DNA of 64,000 nucleotides from the NCBI GenBank assembly GCA_004764695.1, contig SMSO01000037.1, forward strand, positions 2,952,747 to 3,016,746, written 5' to 3'. Of this stretch, positions 1 through 15,200 are shown in pieces (positions within the stretch are counted from its first letter, which is position 1; every line of letters starts with the position of its first letter). The position numbers and the translations under genes are program-made. Origin of the DNA: Schizochytrium sp. TIO01. Its lineage: Eukaryota > Protista > Bigyra: Labyrinthulomycetes. Under the pieces are notes generated by a model that had not been told where the DNA came from, made no database searches, and saw only the letters and a program-made list of their open reading frames with translations.

Positions 1-58
1 TGCTCGTCCGTGAATCCTCTTAAGTAAGATCTTCGTTTATGACCGGTCACTAAGTCAG

Positions 59-81
59 TCTCTCTCTCTCTCTCTCTCTCT
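59..81. repeat. (TC)n microsatellite
   Basis: Direct dinucleotide repeat. Confidence 0.9.
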
Positions 82-782
82 GTACCTTTAGGCTTTTAGA
101 AGACATCGCCAGGAACTCGAGCTTGGAGCGCGCAATTTGCCATTCCAAGGCCACGCCTCGAAGGCCGTGGCATGCGAAGCTCGGCGAGGAGCCCATCGCC
201 TCCACTCTCTCCGCAGAGCTCCGTCCTCTGCCAGAGCCTGGCGAGGGCTACGTCGCTGGGCGGCGCTGCATCGTGATAAGGCAGCAGCCATCCTGATGAT
301 GTGGCCAGCCATCCATCCAGCCAGCCATTCAAGCGAGAGAGCGTACAAGCGCACACGCGTGCCCGCACGCACAGGCAGGCAGGCGGGCATGCAGGCAGAC
401 TAGCTAGGCCTCCCTCCCACTCGCAAGGGCGCGGCGAGGCGCCTGGTCTGCTTGGGTTCGAAGAGGGTATTCATTTCATTTCCTGCAAAGGGCCAAAACG
501 AAGGGGACTCAAACAGTGAATTGAATTGGAAGAGAGAGAAAGAGGCGCTTCGATATGGGATCCGTTCATTATTTCTTATTCGTTGCCCGTGGAAGAAGAA
601 TGGCGATTACAGTGAGGGGTACTTACTTACTCGGAAAAGACTGCCGTCGCCAGGCTCTGCGCGACATTTCCTGGCATCTCGATGCTTTCCCGACTGCACT
701 CGCAGTCTAATGCCTCGGAAAGGCCGGTTTTGGCGAGGCCTCGAACCGAATTGCGCTAACTTTGGATAGCGATGGTCCCCAA

Positions 783-792
783 ATATATATAC

Positions 793-845
<53 letters not shown>
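783..845. repeat. Compound (TA)n(GA)n microsatellite
   Basis: atatatat... followed directly by agagag... Confidence 0.95.
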
Positions 846-849
<4 letters not shown>

Positions 850-953
850 GAAACAAAAGAACACAAAGAACAGAAAGTAGAAAAGAAAGAATAATTAATA
901 TGGCTATCGACCTACGAAAAACGTTGATTGAATCTGCTCACCACAAAAGAGTC

Positions 954-1010
954 AATGAATGAATGAATGAATAGAATAAATGAATGAATGAATGAATGAA
1001 TGAATGAATG
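954..1010. repeat. (GAAT)n microsatellite; similar arrays at ~1701-1743 and ~30203-30275
   Basis: Direct tetranucleotide repeats. Confidence 0.9.
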
Positions 1011-2269
1011 AGTGAGAAGCCGCGATGTTTCTAATCAGGCGGTGCTCACGGACTTCAACTCAAAAGAACGCAGCGAATCAAGGACAGTCAATCAATCCCA
1101 GCGCTTTCCGAATCAGACGAGACGAGCCCAATCTCCTTCTGCAACGCAGTAATGGAAACCACGTTCCACCTTCTCGTGTCCAAGTCCTTTCCCTTTCTTT
1201 CCGTTTCGTCGTTCATAGCGTAACCATTTTTGAGTGAGCTTATGAATGAAAAAAAAATGAAATCGTCGCTGCTCATTGCTTATTTCTGAAGGACACCACA
1301 AAAAGAACGATCTAAAAGAACACGCTTGAAAAGAGCGGCAGCCTCGCTAGCCATCGCTACCGCCATCGCTAAGAGAAAGCAGATCCGTCTGATCCAATTT
1401 AAACTACGATTGATCGAATTTGGCTCGACGGGACCATTCGCGGTACCCTCAGCTCTCGCTGTGGGGCCTTCTATAACTCATTATGTGGCGTCAGGAAAGC
1501 AGTACTGGCCCCACAGCAGTGGGGCCTCGAGTCCCCCGACTGAGGGGCCGCGAACAGCCGCCAGTCCATGGCTTATCTATTTATCTATTTGTTTACTTAT
1601 TTACTTAAAAAAGAAAAATATGTTTTATGTAAAGTACGTAAAGTGAATGAGTGAGAGAGTAGTTTCTTATTTTCGTACATAATAAACAAAAGCAATAACT
1701 TGAATGAATGAATGAATGAATGAATGAATGAATGACTGAATGATATTACCCGAATGAGCGAAAACCAAACTTGCCCATAACTTTAGAAAGGACAAGAAGA
1801 GAGGTCTCTGCGGACGCTCGCCTGCGCTACGATCTCAGGTGAGGTGAAAGGGTGTGTGAGTGAGTGAGTGAATATCAGTTCGTCGACGGCGCAATCGTCG
1901 GAGTCCGCGCCTCAGACAGGACCTTTGAGGACGGACGCTAGCCTGCACAGGACAAGCAAGTTCTGCGCCCTCGTTCCTCTTATTTGCTGCTTTTTCTGCA
2001 TCGTCTGTTGAAGAAAGGAAAAGAAACTTTTGAAAAGGACAATGGAACCCTTTTCAGGAGCCTGAATGAAAGAAGAAGAAGAAGAAGACGAAGAAGACGA
2101 AGAAGAGCGAATGATCAACTGTGCTTTTTGATGGGCGAGGTTGATTCTCTCTCTCTTTCTCTCTTGGGCATTTGAGCACAATGTGTTGAGCGAGGTAGCG
2201 TAGCGGGTGCTTAGCAGGTGCTTGCGAGCGAAACATAGGCAGAGGCGGAGGCGACGATAAATTGAATAA

Positions 2270-2323
2270 AATTCATTAAAAACATCTCATTAAAACCATC
2301 TCATTAAAAACATCTCATTAAAA
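2270..2323. repeat. 14-bp minisatellite (CATCTCATTAAAAA-like, ~3.5 copies)
   Basis: cattaaaaacatctcattaaaaccatctcattaaaaacatctcattaaaa. Confidence 0.85.
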
Positions 2324-2914
2324 GTTCAACTCTATCGTGAATGAAGTTGGCGTCTTCGAGTTCGCAATCAATCGCTGTGGCGATAAGATGCTGCTGCCGT
2401 GGGCGTGCGTGCATGGACTTCACGATCTTCGCGAAGGCCAATGCAAGATCGCAAGGCTTTTCGCCAGCTTGCACTCACTGCGCCGCCACGTCCAGAAGTT
2501 GGCGAACAGGGCTCCTGCCCAAAGGTTTGAGGTGCCTTCTTCTCCAAGATCTGCCCTGTTTCCAGAGGTATGTATCACAAGAAAGGACTTAGAAGTAGGA
2601 ATTCGACTATTTATTTATTAACTTATTGATTGATTGACTGATGGATTGATCGATTGATTGATTGATCGATTGATCGAGTTATTGATTATGAACGTATTTA
2701 TGCGGTTAATTCTCGTGTCCGAATCAATCATGTTTCTTGGGCCAAAGACGACGCTGCTCCACGATAAGGCCATACTCGTCTTGATTGCAATCGATGCCAA
2801 GAGTTCACTCGAAGATCTCACGGCCCTTTATTAGGCTGTGCCTCCACGATTTTGGTTTTCAGCAGCGACGGTGCATTAATCGTTTGGTATCCAACTATCT
2901 TTTCTATTTTTGTA

Positions 2915-2990
2915 AAAATATTCATTTTTACAAAGTATTCATTTTTAACAAAGTATTCATTTCTACAAAGTATTCATTTTTGCAAAATAC
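2915..2990. repeat. ~17-bp minisatellite (ACAAAGTATTCATTTTT-like, ~4 copies)
   Basis: Repeated tattcatttt..acaaag unit. Confidence 0.85.
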
Positions 2991-3087
2991 AAAGGTGATC
3001 AATAGTTATAATCGTCACTGGCATATACTATCTATCCGCCATTAGGCATTTCTCGCGCTTCCTGTTTGTTAGGCATCAGCGCTGTTC

Positions 3088-3158
3088 TTTGTTTGCTTAT
3101 TTGTTTGCTTATTTGTTTGCTTATTTGTTTGCTTATTTGTTTGTTTATTTGTTTGTTT
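3088..3158. repeat. 12-bp tandem repeat (TTTGTTTGCTTA)n
   Basis: Produces the LLIC/TNKQ repeat ORFs in the track. Confidence 0.9.
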
Positions 3159-3361
3159 TACAAAGGAGAGGATGCCAGTGTAAACATAAATGAAGCTCGC
3201 GAGAACTTGAGGGTTCTTGTTGCTTCTAATTCCAAGTGCCTCAGAGACGAGGACTGCGCTATCCCAGCAAGGCCGCACTCCTCGCCGCCGCCAGCGTCCA
3301 CGAGCCCATGGCCGACGTCAGGACGCCGCAGATCCAAGCCGCCGGTGCTGGCGGAGGGACA

Positions 3362-3421
3362 GAAAAATGTACGGCCGAGGAAGATGAGGCCCTCCCTCTG
3401 GCCATCGTCACCCAAGGCGAC
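3362..3421 (+). pseudogene. Possible decayed Myb/SANT repeat fragment
   Basis: Translates EKCTAEEDEALPLAIVTQGD, matching Myb helix 1 (kWTxEEDexLxxAVxxxG) with W>C (TGG>TGT); in-frame TAG follows at 3437. Confidence 0.3.
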
Positions 3422-4031
3422 CTCGAGCTAGACCCTTAGAACTCGACGACGCTCTCGTCTCTTGAGGCCAGGCGGTGCCTCGCTCGCGACGACGGGCTCA
3501 AGCACGCGACGATCATGGAGGTCGCCGTCTGCAGATCGAACGCTCTTTCGACAGCGATGATCTATGAAAGGCAGACGATTGATGGGTCGCTGGAGAAGTA
3601 GCTGGACGCTCGCTGCCCTCGCTGCCCTCGCTGCCCTGCTCGATGCTCCTGACAACGAACAATCGTGGAGGGAGTTTAGTTGGTGGATTCATGGAGCGTC
3701 GTCTCTTGGAGATTACTTGCCTGCGTGCGACGGAGATACCCTACTTGCTGCAGAGCTCTTGCCAGAAAACCATCGAGAGACCGACCAGGTACCTAAGTGG
3801 TCCTCGCGCATCTCGAGAGCGGCAATTCTTCTGACCCCATCGAAGTACAGGACATGAGCTACGCGAGAAAGTTAATCATCAACTGTTTATTCTTGTTGGC
3901 GTTGCCGTCTCGAGAATTGACGTTGTTGCTGCTCAGAAAGGCAACGCTCGAGATGTAGTATCAAGGAAGCAGTAATGTTTCGTACTTGAGCACAAAAGCA
4001 ATTGTTTGCTCGTTCGCTCATTGATCGATTT

Positions 4032-4035
<4 letters not shown>

Positions 4036-4075
<40 letters not shown>
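4036..4075. repeat. (TTGA)n microsatellite
   Basis: Direct tetranucleotide repeat. Confidence 0.95.
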
Positions 4076-4076
<1 letters not shown>

Positions 4077-7000
4077 CGTACGTCATTGTCCAACTCACTT
4101 GTCCACCAATTCGACTAATTCGTTTGATTATTTGTCTCTCAAAGGGCGTTCGTTTCTTTATTTGCCTGCAAATTCCTACGCTCTTCTCTGCGAAGCTCCC
4201 CTGTCTTTCCAGCACAAAGCTCCAAAGCCTTGGTTTTCTTACTTTTACTTTTACTTTTCCTCTGTGACATTCATTTTTTTTGTTCAATGGACCTCCGTAA
4301 TAGTTTTCCATGGTGTTTTGGTGTTTCTAGATTAAAGTTTTTTTTTAATTTTAAAATTAAAATTAAGAAGTTTTTTTTTTTAAAATTACTTTTTTTTTTA
4401 AATATAAAAAATATAAAAAGGTTTTATCATAGAACGAATGAAGAGCGAATAATAAGCAAAATAGCTTCTTCGAGTAGAAAAATACACTTTGGCTTCCAAA
4501 GGAGCACACCTTCTCGTGTTCGTAGCTAGCTAGCTAGCCAAGTAAACAGATACTTTTTAATGCCAATGCAGCGACTAACCTCCTCGCAGCAGACCTGGTC
4601 ACTTCTCTCACTCAAAGCAGATTGGAACTTCGAGTTGGAAACACACTGACATGCGGAACGTACGCCACCAGGACTACGGACCCCTAAACATCACAAATTA
4701 GTAAGTTACGTACTTACTTACTTACTTACTTACCTAAGGCACTTGCTTGCTTGGTTTGATTGATTGATGATTGATTGATTGATTTCTCATCTTTGTTTGG
4801 GGCGTCTGAAGGCATGAGAACAAGTCGCATGCGAAATGCAGTTTCTTGATGAATGCGAAGGAGGAATGACTAGCTACATAAAACTTCGTGAAACTTTAGT
4901 GTAAGTTTGCACTTGAAGTGGGGTTTTGTAGGGCAGGCGTCGTTGCATAGTCACGAAGATTCAGGCCTTCAAAGGTTGCTGCGAATGCAGTTGTCCCGCG
5001 AAGGTAGTACCTACCTAAGCACCAATCACAAATCGTTCAATCATTCAATCATTCAATCATTTTTATGAGGTGACAGTACATACGGACCTTCAACGATGCG
5101 TGAGGATTTATGTTAGCAAGACTTTTTCGAGGCAGCATTTCGCTTCATGAATATATATTTCATATAATGCTAGCTTTTGATCTGTGTATACTCCAACTAT
5201 ATCCGATGAAATGACACGCGCGAATAAGTTTTCGCATGCCCGTAGGTAATCCTACTTAATTCGTTTTCTTTTAATTCTAAGTGAGACACATTCCTCGAAG
5301 AATAATCGCTTTGGATGGGGCTTTTCACATGTTGTTGGCAAGCCTCACAAGTTTTCCATGAAAACACATCCCCTAAACCTACGCTGCCTACTGTGATTCT
5401 GTAATCGAGGACATCACTCCAGCTTTTTTATTCGATGCAGCACGAACCAATGTCGGGCTAGTACTGCCCTGTTGGTTCTTCAGGTTCCTTGTGCGAAGTT
5501 GCGAATTGATCCAAGTGATCACTAAAATTCATTGTTGGCTTTGGCTTCTTTTTGCTTCATAAAAGTAGGTACGTACGTACCTACAGCATCGTTTTTTTTC
5601 CCAAATGATTATTATAATCTATTTATTTCACTCTAAAAAACATTCTTTGTTATTTACTACTTTTAGAAATTAAAGAAATACATAGAATAACAATAATAAA
5701 AAATACAGCAGTGAATATGAATCCATAGCTACTAGTATTCCTTGGAGTAACACAGAAGAAGAAAGATCCCACGCAATCCTATCGATGGAGAAGCCCCCAA
5801 GAACTCGAAGTAGACTTTCGGGTCGTTTCCTGTAGCAGCCTGAGAGCCTCGGCGTAAAGACGCCGAACCTGAGTATTATGCTGTGCATGCAATGGATACG
5901 AGACCTTATGACGAGACCCCTGCCATGCTGAAGACGCCGACTGAGAACGTTTGTCAGATCGCAATACCGACCACTCTCTAATCTGTGGCTCGTCAGCAGA
6001 AGAACCTTTGGCACTGCTATTTACTCATTTATTTGCTTATTTGCTTATTTGCTTGTGTGTCTATTTGTCTGCTTAATTGCTTATTCTTCTGAGAAAACTC
6101 ACACCGCAGCAGAAAATGATGCGAGTAAATCAATCCAATCAATGCTCGCTATAATTCACTTGGTAAGCCGCCCAAGTGCTGAGAAACCTGCACGGGTAGT
6201 AGTGCACTAAGTTCCTCGGAGCGTGCCTTACAGGCGATAGATACTCTGCGGCTAAGATCAGCTCTGGCAATCTAAAGGGAGACGCCAGGGACCAAATCGT
6301 GTAACAAGAGCTGCGTCGCGCCATGGCAAAATGATTGCTTGGCAGCAGAAATGGTGCTTGATTGAAGTAAAGATTGCCCTCGCTGCTATGGTAGGAAGAC
6401 GACGCAGCCAAGTTGGTAGAGCAGGAGATAGCTGGTGAGTCACCAGTGCTTGCCTTGCTTCCCCCTCGTTGCTTGATACCCTTTGACTTTGGCTTTGAAT
6501 AGATATAGATTCATGAGTCGTGAAGATCGCCGCGAGTCGCACTCCATGGCTCGTGCACAGATGTAGTATGCATAAAATGTATATTTATTTATCGATGCCA
6601 GTTCAAGCTTCACAGGAAAGGAGTGGTATGAAAGGAAATAAAGAAATTGAATCAGTGCGAGCTAAGGCCCAACGAATTCATCATTCGCGACTTGCGAGAA
6701 TCAAGTGGACCTTGCTACTCCTTTCTGGACCCGGATGAATCGTGATCAATGACGCCCAATTGAGTCTGCCTGAGCCTAGAGCACCGCGCTCTGCTTTGGA
6801 CGTGCATATGCATCCGCCCACGAGCTTTCAACTTGGTCTTGCTAGAGTACCAGCGAGACCGAGAAGCAGAGAAGCAGGTGCGCAAGCAACTGCACAAGCT
6901 CTTGAGCTGGCGGTTTTGCCTATTTTCTGGCGTTCCCTGAGCCCCACATTAAAAGCTGTTGCTCCGTTTCTTGCTCCGGCTGGGAACTCGTAAACGCCAA

Positions 7001-7418
7001 GTCTAGGTGAACTCGAAGAGCGCTTCTTTGGACCTTGGACTTGCGAGCTTCTTCGCGGCATTGAATTGACGACATCGCCAGCGCGAGCGAAGGCTCCTCT
7101 CTCCAGAGCCGCACGCCAGGCACACCAGCTTTCGGAAAGCCTCCGCCGCTGTCGAGAAGCCTGGCCTGCGAAAGAGACTCTGAGTTGGAAGTGTCGGTCT
7201 CAACTCAACTTAAGGCAACTGCATTCCCAGGAAGCGAGCGAGCGAGCTCCGGGTGGCCTTGGTAGAAATAGCCTGGCGTGCGAACAACTCCAAGTTGGCA
7301 GCTTGTTCTGCGAGAGCTGGAAACAAGGAACCTGCTCGCCAGGAGGCCTTCTTGGACACCATCACGAACCCAAAGCTCCCCAAGCCTGATCTCAAACATA
7401 CTTTTATCAATATATGTA

Positions 7419-8060
<642 letters not shown>

Positions 8061-9294
8061 TTAATAATAATATTATTTTGATAAGTAGAGGTTCCTACCT
8101 ACATGCTCAGGTACCCTTCTTTAATTGAATTGTAATCTGGCATCGGACTCGGAAGTTTCCATCGAACAGGCTCCGCGCAGGTTTCCAAGAAGACAAACAG
8201 ATAGACAACTCGCAATATAATGACAAGTTTCTTCCATACTCACGAAGCATGGCCATCATAGCATAGAGTGCTGTTTCTGCTCCTTTTTGTATTTCTGATA
8301 TATTGATATTCTGATCCTGGTCTAATTTAGAAGAAGAAAGAAAGAAAATAGAATTGAAATTGATGTATACACATTAGGGAGAGAGAGTGAGAGAGATAAT
8401 AAGTGTGTTTAATTGGAATTGCATAAAATTATTATTCTCCGAGAGTCCGGTGTAAATGAGGAAATATACTCAGAAAGGTTCAAGCTTGGATCTGCAAGAG
8501 GAAGTAGAGAAAAAGAAAAAAGCCGGCACAGTTTTGCACAATATATTCTTGGGGAATCCTCCAGATCGCTCAATTACTAGAACTCTAGCGCAAGGATTAC
8601 TGAAGGCGCCAGTAGACAAGTTTATTTAATCGAACAGCAAAGAGGCTCGGTAGAACTAGCAACACCTTCGATAAATAGTGCTCGAACAGCGCAATTAAAG
8701 AAGTAGCAAATGAATGAGAACTTTATATGTTCACATTTCCCAAGCGCGCATAGCAAGGGCCCCAGAACCGGGGAATACCGTACTTTAAAGCATAATTATG
8801 TAAATCAATCAATCAATTGTTTGCTCAGACCGCAATAGTTCTTTTGCTTCATTGGCAGCAAGAAAATTCAAAAAAATTACCTTTTAACCACTTGAGTGGA
8901 GCATTCGCAACAGCTGGTACTATTATGGAGACTCGGCCAATCAAATTCTCAACAAAGATTCATGAATCTCGATAATTGTAAAACTTCAAATCAACGCTTT
9001 TAAATTATGTACAAGAGCGCAAGATACCTTTGTTCGCCTTACAAAATACGCTTGCATACAAAGATTTATCAAATTCAATGATAATAAAAGCTTCAACTCT
9101 ATATGCTTCAAAAGATGTACAAGAGAGGAAAACATCTTTTTCCACCTTACAAAATACGCTCCTAAGTATCTTCCCTTACCGTCATAGAGATAAAATTGCA
9201 AGACTCGCTCACCCCCTCGCACGCAAGCGAATAATTAAATACAAACTTTATCACTCGAAATGTGTATTTAAGCATCATCAAATAAATATCATTC

Positions 9295-12200
9295 TCATGG
9301 ACTGGGCAGTTGATCCTTCAGAACATTGCTACTAGTTGTGCCTTCAACAGAATCTTTGACGCCCCCACTATACTTTTCATTTATCTCTGCTTGGAGGCTG
9401 GATGCCTTTGAAGCACTAAAAGTATCCATATGAGAATGGCACCCACTCTCATCTTCAGCAGCAGTCTTTACAATGTCATCATTTGATTGAGCCGACGGGC
9501 GGGAAGAATCTAACGAAGCCAAGCACTCTGCAAGGTCAGACCGCAGCGTTTCCAGAGCGCTCAAATGGCCTCGGGTATCAGACAACTTGGCATTTTCAAT
9601 CCATGAATCAGCTACAGCAAGGATATGGTCTTGCTTAAGACGAAAGTGGGTGCGAATTAGATCTGCAAAATTCGCCGGCGGATATCGAATTTGCTCAATA
9701 ATTGCATAGCGGAGAGTTGCGACGCGCAGTCGCTCATACCCACCATTTTCACTGACCCTCTTTTGTAGATCTCCTTGTGCAGTTCCCCATCGTGACTCAA
9801 CACCAGGTTCATTGAAGTAGGGATATTCAGAGCCTAGAATGGCGCTCTGGATCGAGACAAGAACTTGCAACAGGGACGATTTCTTCGTCCACGTTTCGTT
9901 TCCTGTTGCCCCACCTCGCCAAGTACCAAGTAAAGAGAGGCACACCTTACCGTTCACGTACAAGTTAGGGTTAAAACGAACAGTACCGCCTCCCGTTGTC
10001 ATCAGGCGAATATTTGGTGGACAATTGGGATACTCAGGGGGCATATAAATGTCAAAAACAAAGCACCCTGAATCGTAAGGTGTACCTTCAGGACCAAATA
10101 TCACCGCTTGCATAATAAATGGACGTCGTTCATCCACACGCACAGCAATCGTAGATCCTAGATGTACAGGTAAGAGGTTACGCAAAGAACGTAATTCTCG
10201 ATTTAGCCGCACTGCCCGCCCACGTGGAGGCTTATTATGGCTTTCCTGAGAAACCTCCTTTCGATAGAAGTATACAAGATCACCGAGTCCGGCTTGTTCA
10301 TTACTTAAGGAACTAGCTCTTGCTCTTGCTTGGGCGCCTCCAGGCGCGTCGAAATTTGTGTTGCCAAAAATAAGCTTCTTCACTGCGTCCACATATAAAC
10401 CATCTGGCGTTGTAGGAGTAGAGTTCGTAGCTTGAGATTTCACTCCTTTGCCGTTTTCCAACATTTGAGAGTCAGCAGGTTTTTGGATGTCTGCGGTACC
10501 AGCATCTGCCCTTGAAAGCTGAGTAGAATCAGAGCCAATACTATTTCCTTCATTCTCTCCTGTCGTACTACAAGGATCAACATACCCAGTTGTGATCTCA
10601 CTACTTGGATTGACGAAGTCTTCTTCATTCGTGTCCTCGTTTTTGCTATGGAAAAAGTTGTCCATTGTGTGAAGGGTCTCAAGTAGCATTCGCGCAGATT
10701 CGGTGTCTTCATCAATGTGCCCAAGGCCGACACTCAGATCCCCAGGTGTTCTATTGGCGGTCGCACCTCCTGCAACAAGTTTCGCAAATTTACTTGCTTT
10801 GTTTGGGGGGAGGGCATACTTGTTTGTCGTGTTATTTCCGGATGCTTTGGGCTGCCCCTCTTCACAATCCTTCTCCTTTTCGTCTTCGTCTCCTTTCTCA
10901 GCACCGTCATCATCTTCCTCTTGGATCGCATCTTGCAGTTCTTCTAAGAAATCGCCATGAAGCGAACGCGCAAGTCGGTAAATTGGCCAACGGCCCTCGG
11001 CAGCATACATGGAAAGTTCCCCGAAGCCAGGATGCAGCAGAATGTGCGAGGCAATGCGAAGCAGTAGTACAATTACAGCCGCATCTTCCAACAGGGACTT
11101 AAGGGAATTGCCGAACAAGTAGTCGTGCATTATCAATGGCAAGCACGACTCACGCAAAATCGACGTCAATTTAGAACTTGTCGCATCTTTTGCATGCTCA
11201 ATTACGCAAACTATAATTTCTAAAGTTTGTTTGATTGCCTGCTTCTTCTTTGCACGTTCTTCCTCACGATCTTGATCAGCCCTGGACTGATCCTCATCAC
11301 CAACTCCATAGCTAGGACGCCACAGAGGGTTTTCAATTTCTTTACGTGCCTTCCGATCTTGAGCACTTTTTTCTAAACCCACATCCTGATCTGACCCCGC
11401 GACTTCTCCTGTTTTTCTTCGAATCCGACTGATAGGAACATCAAATGCAATTTCCCCCATATCAGGAACATCCACATCACAAGTACCATCAAAATGCATA
11501 GACACGATTACTCCAATAAGCCAGTCTGACGTGGCGTCATCATATTGAATTTCAATCTCTTGCCCCTTTTCAAACTTAGTGGTAAATTGGCCCTCAGAGC
11601 CTGTTAAATTAGTAAGTGACTTCGACAATGTCCATCTTTCTTCTTCTGCTTCAGTTTCCACAGCGGTGGGTAGTTTGCTTTCTAGTGCAGCTTGAACTTG
11701 CACATATCTAGGATCGAACCTCGCCATTAATGCTTCGACGCGCCCTTCAACAGGTTGCTCACCATGCAAATCACCGAGGCGTAATAAGAGAAATTCGAGA
11801 ACACCAGAATGAATGACATCTTCGGGCGAGAAAGACTCCATTACTGCCAAGCTCTCTACCCATAGTTTACCTGGGTCCTGATGACACAGTGCAACCGCTT
11901 TAGAGCCCGGCTGAATCTTAGCGAATGAGCTTGCAAGTAGTGCCGAAAGCATAATCATACAATTCTCCGATGCCCCAAAGGCCTTTACATAGCCGGGAAT
12001 CATACTTAGAGCCCTTGCTAAGCATAGAAAGCGAGGCCATTCCCCAAGTTTAGATTTGGATCGAGTTTCGCCCGAGGTCAGCTGGAGTGGTGTGATTCGT
12101 ACATTAGGTTTGGAATAATGGTCCAGAAGATCTTCTTCAAGCTTCAAAAGAAGGGTAGAAAAAATAGACGAATCATACCCAAGAATTGCTTTGAAATTTG

Positions 12201-15200
12201 CCGTGCTTAGACCAGGGCTATGAAATCGAGTCATTTCAAGAGCATCTGCGCTAGCTTCATCATTCAGACTGTACTCCCAGCTTACGCCAATATCCCGCAT
12301 ACGTGCTCGACCTTGCGCAATCGTAGATAGTAACGAAAGCCTGCTGTCACTGAGGCTTTTGCACTTGCTACTGCATCCACAATCGCAGTAAAATTTCGAG
12401 CGACCATGATAGCGCACATCATGGCCGTGGTGACAGACAATTGCACAAATTGCACAACAACCATTGCTACCTCGAAGCCCACAAGTTTTGCAGTGAAACC
12501 AGTCCTGTTCTACAAACCTCTCGTGTGTGTCAACAAAGGAGCATTCCATCAATCCCAAATCTTCAGGTTGGAATTTGGCCTCACTTGGCACTGACCGTAC
12601 CTTTTCAACCAAAACACGTCCTAGCAAAGAGCGATGTCTTGGTTTGCTTGGTTCATGTACAATATTTAGTTCGCATGCAATTAGTGCCCGAATAGTGTCT
12701 GGGTCCAAATCCCGAGCGATACAAGCAACAGGGAACGGCCGCAAGGCCCATACATAACCATCATCGTTGCTAGAACCAGGGACGGCAATAGGAAGCGGCT
12801 TTTCAAGTACCGGTGGTTCTCTTTTTGACTCGCATGAACCTTTTGAACCTTCCAAAACAACACTGCTTAAGCGTAAACTTGCTAAATCCCCTAAGTCAAA
12901 CTCGCTCTCCATGTTATCTACAACACCTGTACCATTGTCATGGTGTTGCGACCGTAGTTGAGCCAAAACGGAAGATGTCCGCCGTGTTCGTTTGCTACTG
13001 TGTTCAAGAACATTCCTTTTTCTTCCATGCGATGCTGTTGAAGAGTCATTTTGCATAAGATCAGAGCCTGCTGAAGACTGCAAGCTGTAATGCCATTCCC
13101 AAGCTAATAGCAAATGTAAAGGAGTGCGTTCCAAGCTTGAGCCAAACGAAGAAGAAGAGGATCCAAGACCCTGAACATGTATTGACTGTGATGCATAGCC
13201 TCCATCGCAAAACAAAGATACGAATGCATAGTAGCTGGGATCTAATGGAAGCCCTGCATATGCCACGCCTTGCCAGATGTCATTGATATAAAATCCTAAC
13301 TCGCCTTGTTCCAAATCAAGACGCACCGTTACTGATGACGCAGGTTCGATAGGAGAACAGTAGCGAGGACAGTAGCTAATTTTTTTCGAGTTGTGCCACT
13401 TGCGTCCATCTCTTCGAATTCCCCATACTGTCGATCGAGTGCTACCCAATTTAAGGTCATCGTTCTTTGTTGATATGCCAATTGAGAAAGAGGCATCAAC
13501 ATCTAGATTCAGTTTATATTTCCACTCAAACACATGCCCCCTTGTCATGGACTTAGAGCAGAACGCGGTGAGATCTGTTTGCGCCAAGATCGATGGTGTC
13601 ACGCTCATTGTAGAACTATCTTTGCTTATTACAAGCTCAGAAGAACAGCGTGATGCGTCAAACCCGAATACTTCAGCATAACTGCGGGATTTGGACCGCA
13701 ACATACGCGCTTGAAGTAACTGTAAAGGCGAGCTCTTGGCTTTATTTGGATGATCCCACGAATTTGCCAATGCTGAGAGTTGCATGTGTTCTGCACCATT
13801 TGAACCTTTCCCTGGCCAAATACAAATGCGCGAGATGCCCGAACTTGAGAGCATGCGAATTAATAGCATTACGAGATGTCGGTCTGATGCATGCTTGTTA
13901 CAAGAATTATCGACAAGTGTCTTGTTTTTGCTCAAGTTCTGGCAGAGCATATTGAGAATTTGCTCACTTTGACTTCCCTTGCCAAACAATGCGGCAAGAA
14001 TCCGAGCGATGATCTCAACCTTTGAGTCGGACCGTGCAATATCTATCAGCTTGTCCAGATAGTCCATAATTTTGTTTTGGATCTCTTCATGACCAGCTTC
14101 CGCAAGGATAGCAATACACTTCAAGCCTCGATGTGGCATCTTGGGCATGTCCATAAGTCTTTGGAGAATATAAGTCGACCAGGTATACCCAGAAGACCCC
14201 GCTGAAACTGCCAGGAGTGCTGCCAATTCAACACTCAAACCCAAACATGGAATATCGAGATTACCCTCAGCAAGCTTAAGGACCTTGCAATCGGCGGATT
14301 GAATCGATTTATCTCTTTCTGATAGAGAAGACAGGTCGTACAATTCAGGGGCGAGTTCCATAATGTTGTCTAAAACCACAGGCCACAACGCCACTGCTTG
14401 GCACGTCAACCTTACTAGACCTACGCGCCCGCGATTCACAACTGGAGCTAATATAGACCTGAAGTCCACCCCGATGGTCTTAAAAAGGGTACGCAAATGA
14501 CGCAGTCCTTGAACAATCTTTTCAGAAAATTGTAGTAGAATGGCAGAGTGGAGTTCATCGATACTTGTTTTTCCATCTGCATTATGTTTCAATTTCAGAA
14601 AAAGAATCTCTGCAATGACTTTAAGCTTCTCTGATGCCACTAAAAGAGAACTCACATTTTTGTCCCAGGAGAAGCTAGCTATATCATCCAAAGCTCGCAC
14701 TGCAACACCCAATGTCACACTTAAAGAAGAAACTTCCAAAAGAACGCCCAGGGTCCAAGCGCATGCGCAAACGCGCGATGCATCAAGTTTGGCTTCTTCA
14801 AGGACATGGAGTATGTTCTCTTGGGACCTGTCACGTACATCCTGCATTTTGAAAAGCATACTTGTTGAAGCATCTGCCCCGGGATCCATAAAATTTTGAC
14901 GCTGTACAATGGCGTCCATCCAAGACTCTACCAGCAAGGCCTGACTTGATGCCTCTTCAAGTGACCAAAATCCAGATTTTTTAAGCAAAGCACGCGCTTG
15001 CGGAGATGCTTCACGACATGCCCACGTCACTAATGACGCTTGTAGCGATGAGCGCAGCTCTGCTGGGCAAATTGATACGTTTGAAAGGAGGGTAGCAACG
15101 CACTCCACAATCGGCAGCAGAATCTGCCTCGAAGCTCTAACATCTTGAAAGTACAAGTCTTCCATACTCATACCTATCGAACGGCAAAGAAGCTGACCGG

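Noticed and set aside
7010-7060. ELEERFFGPWTCELL, faintly like a separase (C50) segment
   Set aside because: Too short, with no supporting flanking motifs
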